Assembly (NCBI GenBank): GCA_964016885.1
Contig: OZ024740.1
Coordinates: 223,696,001 to 223,760,000 of the forward strand
Reading direction: 5' to 3'
From: Eledone cirrhosa
Taxonomy: Eukaryota
Length of the DNA: 64,000 bases
Shown here piece by piece: positions 25,466 through 40,408 of the stretch. The first letter of the stretch is position 1; every line of letters begins with the position of its first letter. The notes below the pieces were generated by a model. The model worked only from the letters and a program-made list of their open reading frames with translations, searched no databases and had not been told where the DNA came from. A program made the position numbers and the translations under genes.

Positions 25466-27127
25466 GTTCTACCTCACTATATATATATATATGTGAGTGT
25501 GGGTGTGTGTGGAATGAGATGGCAAAACTCTGCTTATATAGAAGCTCACCATTAGATGTCAATTTTAATCTTCCAGTATTTTCCAGGGTTAAGCAATGAT
25601 ATAATCTCAAGGTTGCTGAAATTAAGATGTCAAACTGATATTAATGTTGCCAATCTACTATATAAATGACAAACATCAGCCATTGGCATAAAACTAAGAA
25701 AATGAGAAATCTTCAAGAAGTCTTATTTTTGAATTGTTTTCATTTAGTTATAGGTTAGATAAACACAATATTACACTCATCTATATAGATTCTTTCTAAA
25801 GCCTAATAGTATTAGGTTATGTCAAATTTGCCATTTTTGCATTAATTCTTCTTTACAATTATTATCTAAAACCTCACAGCATTTGTTTATTTTTCTTCAT
25901 CTTACATATCTCATCAGCTCTCATAACATCTCTAAGCTACATAATTAGAAAAGGTGAAGATGTTAATAATATAGTTTGGTAACACAATGAGTTGTCTAAG
26001 TCAAATGACTATATTGGGTATTTTGTTGATTTTGTTTCAATATACAACAGACTTTTAAGTAAAAAAACAATGAAAGTTATCAAACAATAATGCTATTATT
26101 GAATTAAGAATTGACTTACATGTTAATTATAGAGATTGCATATAGAATTTCATATGGCATTTATAAAAGGTATGTATTCTTCCAAAAATATAAAATCGAA
26201 ATCAAAGATAAATATTTACACAGAAACATACAAGATATGTCTCTATACATCTTACAACTATTTTGTTGATGTTTATTGTTAGCTATTATTGTTATGTAAC
26301 AGATGTACATCAATTCTTTGAAATTCATTATGTCTATGAAACATGAGTTTCTGTAAAACTCTACATCTCCAGTATATAGCATTATGAAAATATTTCTCAG
26401 AGAGCTTGCAGCACAAACATAATATAAAAACAAAATAATCCAAAAACAACAGGGAAAGAATATGTAAAGATTCAGGACTTTATTTTTCTCTTTTAACTTT
26501 TAGATCATTAAGGCATTCATCCTCAATAAAATATTCTTAACGTTAGCAATCTGAGGACCATTTTCTTGTTTTTACACCTGCTTTTCCATGCTGGCATGTG
26601 CTGGACAGATGTTTTGAACATAATGTATTACAACATGCAGAGATATAGTGCACATATTCTAAAAATGTGTATAAACCTAATGATAGTGGATTGGTATCTG
26701 TATTTCACGGAATCAAGAGATGCAATAAAACAATGATCAATACACATGTTGAGTAGAATTATTAGACTCTCCATATTTGTAGTAAATTCTCTATTCTTTA
26801 AAGCTATTTATTATATGCACCCCATTACACATACATACATGCACAAACACACACACATATATATATATATACACATATTAAATATATATATATATAATAT
26901 GATAAATGTGGTTGGTTTAAGGAAGGACATCCAGTAGTAAAAATCCTGACCAAATTTACAGTCTCATCAGAGCAAGATGAGACTGTAAATTTCGTCAGGA
27001 TTTGGTCAGAGCAAGATGAGACCAGACTTCTCTCTGGATGCAGACAACCATCTGACCCATGCAAGCATAGAAAATGGTCATTAAATGGTGATAATGATGA
27101 TGAAATATCTAGTTATACACACACACA

Positions 27128-27201
<74 letters not shown>

Positions 27202-27202
<1 letters not shown>

Positions 27203-27512
27203 AGGCACATGGCTTGCAATCGAAAGGTTGTGAGTTCAATTCTCAGAGCGGGTGATGTGTTGTTTCCTTGAGCAAGACACTTTATTTTACATTGCTCCAG
27301 TTTACTCAGCTGTAGAAATGAGATGATAGGGACTGGGGTCCCTATGATTCCACTGCAAAGTGGTCGTGGAGGTGCAATGGCAAAAAAGCACCCACCGCTC
27401 AGTGTAAATGAGATTGGTGTTAGGAAGGGCATCCAGCTGGAGAAATCAAGCCAGAATCAGTTCCCATCCCACCCTTGCAAGCAGGGAAAAAGTGGACGTA
27501 AAATGAAATGAT
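27202..27512 (+). mobile_element. tRNA-derived SINE family 1 with RTE-derived 3' end
   Basis: ggaggcacatggc..gagttcaattc..tccttgagcaagacactt..ggtgttaggaagggcatccag, shared with the RTE 3' UTR at 5030-5298. Confidence 0.85.
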
Positions 27513-28284
27513 ATATATATGAAAAGAGTCAGGACCCAGACAAATGAGCTCCAGCCGTTTCGACAGCTATATCCGAACTAGTTGGTTATAAATATATATA
27601 TATAGAGGTAGCCGACTGGAAGGTAATATCTGTAGTGGTAGAGCACTCTGTCCATGGGACAAGTTAGGTAGAAGTGGTAACACAACAATTAGTTCACCAT
27701 ACGGATAGTTAATTCAGATTAGCGGATCTTCAGCTCGTAAACGAGCTGGAGATCCGCTAAGGTGAAACAATTGTTCTTGGTATGGTGAACTAACTGTTGT
27801 TTTACCACTTCTATATATATATATCAGCGATTTCTCAGCAAAACTGCATTTGGGACATAAAAGTAAATAAGTACATTTTTCTTTATCTTGTTTTCTTTCC
27901 CCAAATATAATTTTATTATGCTCTCTTGGCAAAACTGGTAATGGTTGGAATCCCTTATATGTATGTCTATTCTTGTATATATATACATATATGACTGAAT
28001 CGGATTGATTCTTCTAGCCATCCTGTTACTTTTGTCCATCTATTGCTGCCATTCTGTTGACCATAAATTCCATGATAATTCTCCCATTCAAAATTCTCTA
28101 GTAGTAGATAACTCGGAAGATTTTTTTCACGATTGAGAAGTTCCCTGTTGCACTGAAATTTCTCACCGTGATCAAACCTGCAATTACTCAGTGAAACTGC
28201 AGTCGGGACATCAAAATAAATAGATAATATTTTCTTTATCTTACTTATTTTTCCCAAATATAGCTTTATATCTATCTATCTATG

Positions 28285-28361
<77 letters not shown>

Positions 28362-28576
28362 GAGTACAAGCTCTTCGTACTCCTGGAGATGAGGGTTGCA
28401 CATTTTTTTCGGGGGTCTGTGTTACCCATATAAACTGTCTCCCTCTATTGGGGAAAATCGACTAACTTTTAAATTCCATCTGTGATAACATTTTACACGT
28501 TTTTATTGTATGTAAACTTCCCCCTTTGTATTTGTCCCCTTCTTTTGTGCCCCTGTGGCTAATAAAGAAATATATC

Positions 28577-28644
<68 letters not shown>

Positions 28645-31600
28645 CATATTCAGATTTGCTTTACATAAATGTATACTAATCTGATATAATAATGGATTGT
28701 TATTGTGAACAATTTATAAGAAAATTTTCAATTACATAACACAAATACTTCTGGTTTATCAATGTATTGAAATACACCAACTTATTGATTTCCCATATTA
28801 TGGTGGATTGACCTCTGCAATATCTTCTTTTGTATAAACGTTCTTGAAGAAGAGGAGGTAATTAGGTAGCCTAAATGTTAAAGTCTAGGGGATTGCAAAA
28901 CATCTGGGAAAAGTATGAGAACATTTATAATTTAATAAAGGGACTAACTTATGTTCATAGAAATAAGGACACAGTTAATGTAAAAGAGTTAACCCTTCTT
29001 GAGAAGGAGTGTTCAAAGCCACGGTCCAGTCTCAACAAATTCTTCAAAAGGAATTTCATTATATGTGGATAGCAGTTGAAGAAATTAAAACGGGTATTCA
29101 AGCATTTCTTATTGGAAGATATGTTTCTGTGTATATTCTATCATTCATCTGTACATAAATAACACTTGGTCAATCTATTAATTTGTGGTTGTGATCTTTC
29201 TACCAAGTTGGTACAGTATTTCATTTTATTTAACATTCCGCATATAAACATATCCACTAGCAACCTAGATATTTCTCACCAGACATGCATCGTTTTCATG
29301 ACTATTCACCTTGAAAATATTTCTCTTGAGGCACTTCTACCTTTTCTCCTTCAAGACACTAGCCTCCTTCAGTGAAATTGGGTGTGCCTCAATCAGCTAC
29401 ATACAAGTGTCAGCCAATTCAAAGCAACCATGTGCCATTGGCAGCTATGTCCCTCAGAAACTTGTTAGTGATTTGCCAGAGGAGACTACTCAACATATAC
29501 TGAATGAGAGCCTTGATCTCCACCCATCAGAGAATATGGACCTCACTCAGTCTAATTCAAAGGGATATCATATTTGTAGCTGTCTCATATGCAACAAAAA
29601 GATAATCAAGTTAAGGACACTAGTCTGAATAAATCAGTTTATATTAATGTTATTTCCTCATTTCAGAAAATCAGACAAAAAGAATCACAAATTATTTTCA
29701 CACACATCAAGTTTCAAAGGAAATAACAGATTTAGCTGAAGATAAATAATGGTGATGACTGTTTTACTTATCCTACATCAGTCCAATCATGTAACCAGTT
29801 GAAAAATACATTTAAACGTCTTAAGGGAAATAATGTTTGATGGAAATTATGTGAATGTATTTTATTTATTTACTTCCTTTGAAAAACTTATTTATGGGGC
29901 TGGGCTGGAGCATTCATAGGCTTAATATGAAAGAGTGATGCTAAAGCTGTGTAATCTTGCTTGGATTAATTTCAAATCTTCTTATTAATAACTACATTGT
30001 TTTTCTTGGGACTATGTAGAAAAATAAGCCTCATTTGGTCATTCCATGAGAGTATCTTGTTCAACCTATGAACCTTTTCAGCTACACCCCTTATAGGTTG
30101 ACTGTGAAGGGGCAGTACAAGAGCTGTGTAATCTTGCATGTATTAATTCTAAATCTTCTTATTAATAACTGCATTGTTCCTTTCCACGGATTTGTTGAAA
30201 AGTAAACTGACTTTGGTCATTCCATGAGAATATCTTTGTCTGCCTATGAACCTTTCAGTCTATGAACTTTTCAGCTGACCTTCGTACTACAAGGATGTGC
30301 AAGAATATGTTTTAAAATAATGTATAATAATAGCAAAGACAATAAAAGCTTTGATATAGCCATATATTAGGAAATGATGGAAACAAATAAAGAATAACAA
30401 AATAGAAACAACTATTTGTGAATATTCATTCTGTGGAACTGATCTGATCTGCTGCATCTATGTTATAGGTGTAGCACTTTATAATGGTTCAATATGGCTA
30501 TGATAGCACTGGGGATAATATTTTCCAGATTAATCTGATTAATTGATTAACTAGTATTATTATGACATTATGTTTGTTATATTCAGCATTGCATCAACAA
30601 GCCTTGATGTATTTGTAACATTCTCTGATGCCTTGTTTTCCTTAATTGCCTCACTAACCATGGTTATTGTAATCTCTCTCTGACTTCCACTGTTATTCTC
30701 ATCCATATTCTTATTCGACACATTTCATATTAAAGAAACTAATTATGCCTGATTGTGGGTGAAATAAACTCCCCAGTTCCTACTTGCAACACATCAAAGG
30801 TGATGGATAGTCATAAAGAACCACATTGAGTCTCTTTCTATTCAAAGTGACAATTAGTACAGGTTCAATAAATCCACAAACCATTGGTGTTAATTCTAAC
30901 CACTCCTGAATAGATGATACTGTATTTCATTTTATTTAACATTCTGCATGCAAGTATATCCACTAGCAACCTAAATATTTCTCACCAGACATGCATTGTT
31001 TTCATGACTCTAGACTTTGAAAATATTTCATTGGAGACATGTTTACCTTTTCTCCTTCAACAAGACAAATACAATATTATTACAATTTTCAAAGAAATAG
31101 TCTCACAATTTGAGCTTTATGCTTTTTGACTGTCCTCATCGTTTTTGCAAGACAGTGGCGTTGTTAGAAAATCTATTTCCTCATTAAAACTCGATATTAA
31201 TTTTTTTTTATATTTATTCAAATTCTGTAAAATTCCGCTATTATATAAGAATGACACAACTCAAGCTTTGAAATTACAAAAAGGCATAATTTCTCATACA
31301 TATTTTAAAATAACAATTTCTGGATTGTAGCATTATCCAAACTGCATCTTAGATAGGTTTCCTCTTAACAGTAAAAAATGTCAGTTACTCATCCATTATA
31401 GAATGCATCAAAGATGCACATTTTTATATATTTAAGCATGTAAGCATACCTAAATACATACAAATGGGTGTTTTCATAGCCTTTTCTTGCAGCTCCCATT
31501 AAAATCCTGTAAATATCTGTACAGATATGAATTTATAATATACTTTAGCTGCTTAGTGCATAGTTTAATATGTAACTAGCGTTTGAAACATACCATATAC

Positions 31601-33483
31601 AACTGAATATAAGCAAATACAAGTATAATTTAATTTTGAGAAATGGGCAAAAATCCAAACCTTTTTTACATAGAATTTGAAGTTTGTGAAAATTGTCAAA
31701 ATATTAACTTTGATTGTTAGCTGACCCCCTATCTACCATCCAGCTTTTTGGCCACATATTCCTCATCTTATATTCAAGCATATACAATAGCTTATCAATT
31801 ATGATAGAAGAGTATTAGATTACATAGACACTTTAATATTATCAGCTTGATATCATTGAACCAGTAGTAGTTTCAGGTGGTTTGGTATCAATAGGGGTAA
31901 ATAACAAACTGCTGTGAAGAAGTCACATATATCTGGGATAATGTATTACTGTGTAAATTATGCCATAAAAACTGATGTCTTTCATAGGTCTGTTTGATTA
32001 CACCTATCTTAAAGCTTTTCAGCATGAACAACTTTGCACATTAATTCAGTCACAATGTCATGTTACACATAATTTGTATATTTCTGAAAATATTCATGTA
32101 TGTATATATTTGATCCACAGATACACTTAAACTGAACTCATCCTGAAAGACTTTGCCATAGATTAGAAAATATTTGGAATACAAATGTCAAAATACACAT
32201 TCTTGAGAACTGTTCACACATGATCATGGTTACTGGTGTATAGTGAACTACACAAGGTTCATTGGAATATGAACAACCTCATATATTTGCACATACTTCT
32301 TCAAATATACTTGTGTTGTTCAGTAGTCACTTAAATGAACTTACATAAACTCAGCACATTCTTTTTACTCTGTAATATATTCGTCCTTCATATGAATTCA
32401 TGCTTACTGAAACACACACAAACACTCGAACACTCACATCCACACACATATATAGACACTGACACACAGAGACACATATATACATTAGCATTTACTATAT
32501 TTCTAAGAAACCTTATGTTTGTTACATTACCACATACTTTTCCTCTTTGTTAGCTTAATCAGATTTCGAAAAGAATCTTTCCAAAGAAGAAAGTAATTGT
32601 AAACTACTAGGCTAACTTGTCGAGCGTGTTAATGCCAGTCATCTAACAGGCTTAGGTGAAGGTGGCAAGTGAGATAATAGTGGATAGAAAACACTCTTAA
32701 TGAACCTCCTCGTCTCTCATCTTCAATACTCAATCCCTCCTTCTAAAGTATTCATCACACCTCTTTTACTACATACAAGTCATATTTTTGTTTCCTGGTT
32801 CACTCTAATTAAGTAGATCCTTAATTGGGACTTGCTTGAGAGCATCCTCACTGCTGTCAGCCAATCAGTGTTGACAGAAAGAAAAGGAACAGCTTAAGTA
32901 AGGTCAGGGGGAAGAGAAGGAAACAAAACCAAAATAAACAAAGGAGACAAATGACAACTGGATAAGAATTAGAGTGTTAGAAAGTGAAAACTGTGTTGTG
33001 ATTGAAGTGTGAAGAGTAAGAGAAGGTAAGAGAAAATATAGGATTGGAAGAAAAATGATTAGACAGAGATACAGTAATTTGTATGAATGTAATGGTTGAA
33101 TATTTGTGGCAGTGGCTCTGGAAAGAAACAATGAAGATAATAAATTCTTGTTTGGCAAAGAGAGTACTTTGGAATTCCTGCTACATTTTGATACCCAGCC
33201 ATGTGTTATGAAAACCTTCATTGCAAATTAAGTTTCATCTGAACACTTACAAGAGTAAATCCCAATTATTTACTCATTTTGTTTATTATTTAACTAATAC
33301 ATTTTAATTTCCATCTTTTTTTGCTGGCTAAAATCTTCCTTAATTTGATCATTCTAATGTCACATTTTCTATATGTCTCTTAAATTTGTTTGAACTGTAA
33401 TTGGTTATCAAGTTTGTAATAAAAAATGTTTCTCTTGCATAGCAGCTCTGTCACTATATTTGTAGTTTTAAAGATCTCTTTCT

Positions 33484-33539
<56 letters not shown>

Positions 33540-33540
<1 letters not shown>

Positions 33541-33913
33541 GAGGGTAATCCCAAAAGTAAGGTCTCCAAAGCGATGGGGACGCAGAGAAACTGTTCATAC
33601 GGCTGTTGTAATTGGTGCTTCCTTCACTCCCAAACAAGTATGCGCACGGTTCGCTGGGATGCTCAATCTTGGCTTGGCAGTCATTGAGAATAGAGCTCCC
33701 ATTGAACGCTACCGCCAAGTGCGAATTTTATGCAGTTATTATATACGAAGGAAATCCCAAAAGTAAGGACTCCTTCCGAGGAAAACATGCGTAAAGATCA
33801 CTCTGGATGCTCTCTGCATTTTAGTTCCTGAGGTTTCCGGAAGCACCATCCAAAGGATTTTAATGGAAAATTTCGAATATCGGAAGGAGACCTTACTTTT
33901 GTGATGGCCCTCA
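33540..33913 (+). mobile_element. Mariner-derived MITE with an internal third TIR copy (33745)
   Basis: TIRs TGAGGG..CAAAAGTAAGGTCTCC / GGAGACCTTACTTTTG..CCCTCA in TA context; transposase N-terminal remnant ATAKCEFYAVII. Confidence 0.8.
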
Positions 33914-33927
33914 TATATATATATATA

Positions 33928-34271
33928 TCATCATTTCATTTCATTTCATTTAACGTCCACTTTTCCCTGCTTGCTAGGGTGGGACGGGAACTGATTCTGG
34001 CTTGATTTCTACAGCAGGATGCCCTTCCTTTCACCAACCTCATTTACAGTGAGTGCTGGGTGCTTTTTTGCTATGGCAGCTGCACGACCACTTTGCAGTG
34101 GAATGATAGGGACCCCAGTCCCTATCATCTCATTTCTACAGCTGAGTAAACTGGAGCAATGTGAAATAAAGTGTCTTGCTCAAGGAAACAACACATCACC
34201 CGGTCTGAGAATTGAACTCACAACCTTTCGATTGCAAGGCCAATGCTCTAACCACTAAGCCATGTGCCTCC
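33928..34271 (-). mobile_element. Full-length tRNA-derived SINE family 1
   Basis: A box TGGCTTAGTGG and B box GAGTTCAATTC on minus strand; (AATGA)/(GAT) tail. Confidence 0.88.
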
Positions 34272-34677
34272 ATGTGCCTCCTATAGATATATATAATCAT
34301 CATCGTCATTTATCTATGAAAGATTACTCATGAATATGCATGATTGTGTGGTTAAGTCATTTGGTTTGCAATCATCTGGTTTCGGGTTCACTGCGACTCT
34401 CTGTTACACTGAGTACCTTCTACCTTATCTTTCAATAGAACCATGTTTGTAAAATTCAGTAGATAGAAACTGTGAGGAAACTCCTTATATATAGTATATA
34501 TATTACTATATATAATTTAATACAATAACAGAGATAGCTTAAAGCTAAACTCCGACTGGTAACCATCTCACTCAACAAACATTAGGTTATATGTTAGTAC
34601 AAACCCAATTTAAGTGTTTGGGGTGCTAACTATATGTATTTTGTGGAAAGCCAGTTGTATTATTTTATGAGATATAT

Positions 34678-34788
<111 letters not shown>

Positions 34789-36047
34789 TGTGTGTCTATG
34801 TCTCTGTGTCTGTGTGTAAGCAATTCCACAGCTCTGTTCATTTATATTCCATAATTTAACAGTTTTGACCAAAGGAGCTCAAGAAAAAAATAAGTAACCA
34901 AATTAAAAATTAAGTACTGGAGTTTGATTGACTAAAGAAATTGATTGACTAAATTGGTTGACTAAAGAAATTGAAGGGGTGCCCCAGAATGGCCACAATC
35001 TAATGGCTATAATTATTACATGAGTAATGAATGTATGTATCTACTTTGTGAAAGTCAATAATCTAATTCATTTCTAAAGTATTTATGTTGTAGGGAGTAC
35101 CAAAGTGCTAATGTTTTGGGTAGGGAGGGCTAAGCATGGCGGTTACTACATGGCTTGGACATTGCATAGTAAATGATAGGAGGTGAGACAAGGGAGTTGT
35201 GGGATACTTGAATGTGAGTAGCATGAAAACAGCAAGTAACAGAAACCATTGTATTAGCAGGTGATAAGACAAGGAGAGAAGATTGTAATTTGTCTGCTAG
35301 TAATATTATGATAATTATGCTTATCTATTTATTCATGTAGGATATATTTGTGTGAATATGTGCATTATCTGTGTAGAATTAGAATTTCATAAGTAAAATT
35401 TTTAAATTATAAACATTTTAAACATCATTCAACATTACAATCACATTTCTATCTAGTTTTCATAGATTCTGATTAAGTTATAAAAGAAAAGAATACACTA
35501 TTTCAGACGAAATGTTCTCACATCTTCATCATACATCTATACTTGATAAATATAGTGTTATCTATGGAATCAGAAATTAACTTTACAAATGAATTTTTGT
35601 TCCTTTTGGCTATAGGAAAAGGAAAAAAACTTCTTAATCTTTCAAAAATAAAAGTGCAAAATTTAAATACAAAATGTCACTACTGTAGATAAACATTTAA
35701 ATGGAATAAACATTACAGTCTGTAAATCCCAAATGATGCACAATTTTCAAACGTTTTCATAGACATAAATTAAGCTGATTTCTTCTGTGTGTCCGTATAT
35801 ATATATATATATATATGCAAAAGTTCTATTTAAAATTGTTGGGATACAACAAGTAAATATTTTTATAACTGATATAAAGCACTCGACAAGTATTTGGAGT
35901 AGAGATACGATATTAATAAATAATTGTCCTTAACACTAAGACTTATTAAAATAATATAAACAATTCACTATCCAGATGGCTTCCAAAAATAATGGTTGCA
36001 TTTTAAAAGGGTACGTCAAAGCTTATTCGTAAAACTGTTATATATTG

Positions 36048-36112
36048 TATTTTGTCTGATGAAGGCATACCATAATTTAATTTGGTATCCCTGAAATATG
36101 TATAATGAAATA
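36048..36112 (+). ncRNA. Type I hammerhead; family copy at 57840-57904 minus
   Basis: TATTTTGT-CTGATGA-AGG-C-ATACCA..TGGTAT-C-CCT-GAAA-TATGTA-T-A-ATGAAATA; the 57.8 kb copy has compensatory ACACCA/TGGTGT. Confidence 0.8.
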
Positions 36113-36174
36113 AATATGGTTTTATAAATATAGTTTCCATTTATTAATATCGTATATATATATATATATATTCC

Positions 36175-36655
36175 AGTACCAAACAGGAAGACATACTTAA
36201 AAATGCTCATCCCCAAAACTGATTCTTTCTGTAAAAGAACATGTTGGCATGCCTTCTATTTCGACCACTAGGATAAAGTTGATTAAACCAGGATAAGTTT
36301 GTATTTAAGACATACTGTAACCCTCCAACCAGCCCAGCTTTATTTCCTTTCAAAAATGATGTACTTGAAATCATATGACAAATTTTGAAAGAGAAGCAAC
36401 TCCTTCCAACACTATTTGAAGAATAGAATCCAACGAATAAAGGATTCTAATGCTGTGCATTTTTACTCCAGGAAAACAAGTAATCTATACCGGGTCGAGT
36501 GGAGTACTGACTATCAGTTGTTACATAATGCTGTGACCAAAGATTACCTGAAAACAAATTGGAGTGTTATTAATGTCATCAACAACTTTGGTTTAAAAAT
36601 CACTTTCAAACTTGATATCCAGGACTGGACAGAACCACTGGACCCTATTTCTCCT
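36175..36655 (+). pseudogene. Decayed Naiad PLE N-terminal fragment
   Basis: LKMLIPKTDSFCKRTCW..FVFKTYCNPP..FKNDVLEII..RKTSNLYRV..LLHNAVTKDYLK, colinear with the N-terminus of the 1..1476 ORF. Confidence 0.75.
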
Positions 36656-36743
36656 CATTAGTTTTATCACCAATTTTCCATTCTTCACATTTATAGATTA
36701 TGCAAACATACAGACACATGCACACATACATATTAATATATAT

Positions 36744-37121
36744 AAAAGAAATATGATTTCGCTTCAAGCATACCTTTATACAAAAATGTATAGAAATTTC
36801 GTATTTCTAAAGAAACACGGTTTTAGGAAGCCATAGCTATGCAAACACCGGGGGCTAACACCCTCTGGTGGTGTCCAGCAGAAGTAAGGGGGACAACCGT
36901 CTATGCATTTCAGGTTTGACTGGCCTTCTTCAGGACGATTCCTCCCACCACTTGCTACTGCTGGACTTGAAAACAGTCGAGAATATATAGTTTTCTCGTC
37001 TGTGTAAATGAGGTGATTAATCTCATTTGCATATGAAGCAGCATAAGTTGGCTCATAATAGAAAAGAAATAAGATTTCGCTTCAAGCATAGCTTTATACA
37101 AAAATGTATAGAAATTTCGTA
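36744..37121 (-). mobile_element. Terminally redundant 318-nt retrozyme-like unit
   Basis: 60 bp direct repeats 36744-36803 / 37062-37121 around one HHR. Confidence 0.75.
36895..36940 (-). ncRNA. Minimal Type I hammerhead with canonical core
   Basis: AATCGTC-CTGAAGA-AGG-CCAGTCAAA-CCT-GAAA-TGCA-T-A-GACGGTT; palindromic helix III ATGCAT. Confidence 0.85.
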
Positions 37122-37890
37122 ATATATATTTATTTATTAAAATAACAGATTAAAGTTTAAGCAAAGAATCACTGCTTTTACCCTTAACCGGATCTTCAGA
37201 AACTAAAAAAAAATCTATCTGTGGATGCAGAAGTAAATATTTCGAAAAACGTTGCAACCAAAGGGAAACAGGAGGATGATATTCTGGTCCGTGAAGACGT
37301 TCCCTGGCAATGAATGGAAAAAAACGAAGATAATACATTGTTATGTGGAGCGGTGAGTACAATTTCATGTATATGGTATAAATGGAGTCATTAGACTAAT
37401 ATTCTATTTAGGAAACAGAATGATTCACAGTTCCGGAGTTTAAGAATAATGTAAATAAATTTGTTGAATGAAAATGACAGAGGTTATTAAAATCATAAAA
37501 GTAATAATAGTTAAGATTTATACAGTATATAATTATATATATACATACACACAGCTATATACGTACATTAGTCTAATAATTCCATTCATACCATAAATGT
37601 GGTTTTTGTTTTTGTCTTTGTGTGCAATTGTTCTCATCACTCCACAATTTCCTTCACTCCTGTTTTCCTTCGATTGCAACGTTTTTCGAAATATTTACTT
37701 CTGCGTCCACAGATTGATTTTTTTTAGTTTCAGAATATCCCATTAAGGGTGAAAGCAGTGATTCTTTGCTTAAACTTTAATCTGCTATTTTAATAAATAT
37801 TTGCTCTATGGTTTTTTATATATTTTAATATATATCTATATTATCCTTGTCGAGCCCTCTTTGGATTTTAGTCTTCACACTTATTATTAT

Positions 37891-37943
<53 letters not shown>

Positions 37944-40092
37944 CGATGAGCTTCTGCACAATGTCAGTCTACTAAACAGTAAATATAAGATATTGGACAT
38001 CGGAAAATACACTGAAGGTATTGCTTTGTGGAATCGAATCTGGAACCATGATGTTGCATAGCACACTTGTTAACAACACTCAATCTTTCAAAGGGAGAGA
38101 ATAAAATCAATTTATTCAATTAGAGTATTACTGGCAGAGATGAAAAGAAAAACATCAACTCTAGAGGGATTTAAATTCACAAGTGAGTGATTTAAATACC
38201 AGAAAGCATTTAGTTTAGTTTTACTGACATTTTTGCTGCAATAGACACAGGCATGGCTGTGGGGCTGATTTCGCTTTGTAAGTATGCAGTCTAAGGTTCT
38301 ATCCCACTGCATAGAAACTTGTTATATTCTGTGAAACATGGGTCCTGACTGTAGAAAACCAGCAGAATCTAGAAAGAAATGAGTTGAGTATGCTGTCGAG
38401 TACAAAATTGTCTTTTATCATTTTTGGGGTTGATAAAATGAAATATCTGTCAAGTACTGGAATCAATACAATGGGAAAATTGCAGATCATATATTTAAAT
38501 TATAAACTATTAGGGATCAATATTTCAATACAATTCAGACCAGTGTTCAGTAACTCTTTGTGCCCTTCCCAATATTATATGAATATTTCTCAGCTTGCCT
38601 GTAACTGTTCTATGTCAGTATCTCTTAGCTATCCAGGGTTTTTGTTACCTTGTTTTTTTTTGTTTTGTTTTTTTGCTTTCCCATGGTTGTTCATCTTGAT
38701 GCTACCAGCGGCTTTATATCCTAGTTCATTTTGAGTACATGTCCTAGCCATCTGAACTGACTATTATAAAGAATATTTTCATTGTCGTCAATATTTTATT
38801 ATGGAAACTTATACGACAGTGACATTTTTTTTTGTAACAATAGAAACTAAATATATCATTTCTTCCTATTTTCTATTAACTATGCAGGTGACACCATCAT
38901 ATTTCCATCTTTTTTTAATCAAATTTATCGAAATCTTTATATTTTAAATCTTTATATATATATATATTCAAATTATATATATATTGTAAATATTTCATTC
39001 ACCTTTTCAGATTATAATATAGTTGGAGTTTATAATACTTTTGAAATATATTTAGATAAATTGTTTTTTTATGTTTTATATCCATTATACTTTAAATTGT
39101 TTTAAAGGTGGTAGATTTTGTTTGCAAAATATAATTAGTCTTCAAAATATTTAATTCAATGCCTTGCAGTTCTAAGTCAAAATCCAATAATTGGTCTACA
39201 TATGCAAAAAAACAAACATTTTTCTTTCTCGGTTATAACAATATTTTGGATGTATGCATACATTGTGACAATAGCTTAATCAGTAATTGCTTTCTTTTCT
39301 ATTATGTAGAGATTATTGCATTCATTGCAGAGCATATATACAGAGAAATATCAACAGACAAAAAAAACTGACCTAAAACAACTAAAAGCTTAAAGTATAT
39401 AGTGGTGTAGTTATAGTGTAGAAACCTACTGTTATAATTGTTTCTACTTTAGGCACAAGGCTAGCAATTTGAATTCACGGGGATATCGATTAACTCGACC
39501 CCAGTGCTTACTGGTACTATATTCTATTGACCCCATAACGATGAAAGGCAAATCTAACCTTGGCAGGATTTGAAATTAGAATGTAAAGGGCCGTAACTCT
39601 GTGCTGTGAAGCATAGTGTCCAGTGTTCTAACGATACTGTCAATCCACCACCCTATTCTTACTGTACTAATATCATATAATTATGCTTTTTCATGGTTAG
39701 CTTTTCATGCTGTCTCTGTTAAAAAATTGATACCATATACTCCACTGTGTTGTATGAAGTATCTGAAAAGTTGTTACCATTTGGCCTGAACATAATGACT
39801 TAAAATGACCTTATGACTATATAACATGTTGTGCAGCTTACAAAGAGAACTTCTGCTTCAAGAGGGAAAATAATCAGAAAAACTTGTTGCTGTCCCCCTT
39901 CTAATTTTAATGCTATTTAACTTTAACTTTCAATTTTTCTATTTTATTTATTCATCAATCTTCTTTATTTGACACATTCCTACCTATCTGAGCATTATCT
40001 AGTTTATTAGTGAAGGAAAAGAAAGACATTCTTAGATTATTTATTAATCAGCTCCTGATTATTTACTAGATTTCTATAAGAATATAACATCA

Positions 40093-40189
40093 TTGATCTC
40101 AGTAGACAGGTGGGGTAGTTGGCCTTGATAAGCTTCAACCAAAGCGAAATATGTCATGTCGGCTTATCTCCCCTGTTTGCTGAGATCAA
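40093..40189 (+). ncRNA. Type I hammerhead, U3:A8 core, ~28 bp helix I (copy 1)
   Basis: TTGATCTCAGTAGACAGG..GGCC-TTGATAA-GCTT-CAACCA-AAGC-GAAA-TATGTCATG-T-C-GGCT..CCTGTTTGCTGAGATCAA. Confidence 0.85.
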
Positions 40190-40408
40190 AGTGAGTGAAT
40201 TTGTCACTACTTTAAAACAATAGCTTACGGTCTTCAAAATGCTTTTAATTAAGCATAAAGTGTATTGCAAAATACATTATATATACATCCATATATATAT
40301 TGCTATTTCAGAGCTCCAATTCTAATTTTTAATTTCTGCCTGACCAACAACCGCTCTGCATAATCAGCTCCTGATTATTTACTAGATTTCTATAAGAATA
40401 TAACATCA

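Noticed and set aside
28750-31130. Possible host exons, with local duplications 29210-29355/30915-31060 and 29946-30085/30122-30275
   Set aside because: No recognisable protein or consistent splice frame; 30590-30710 minus looks like decayed RTE RT
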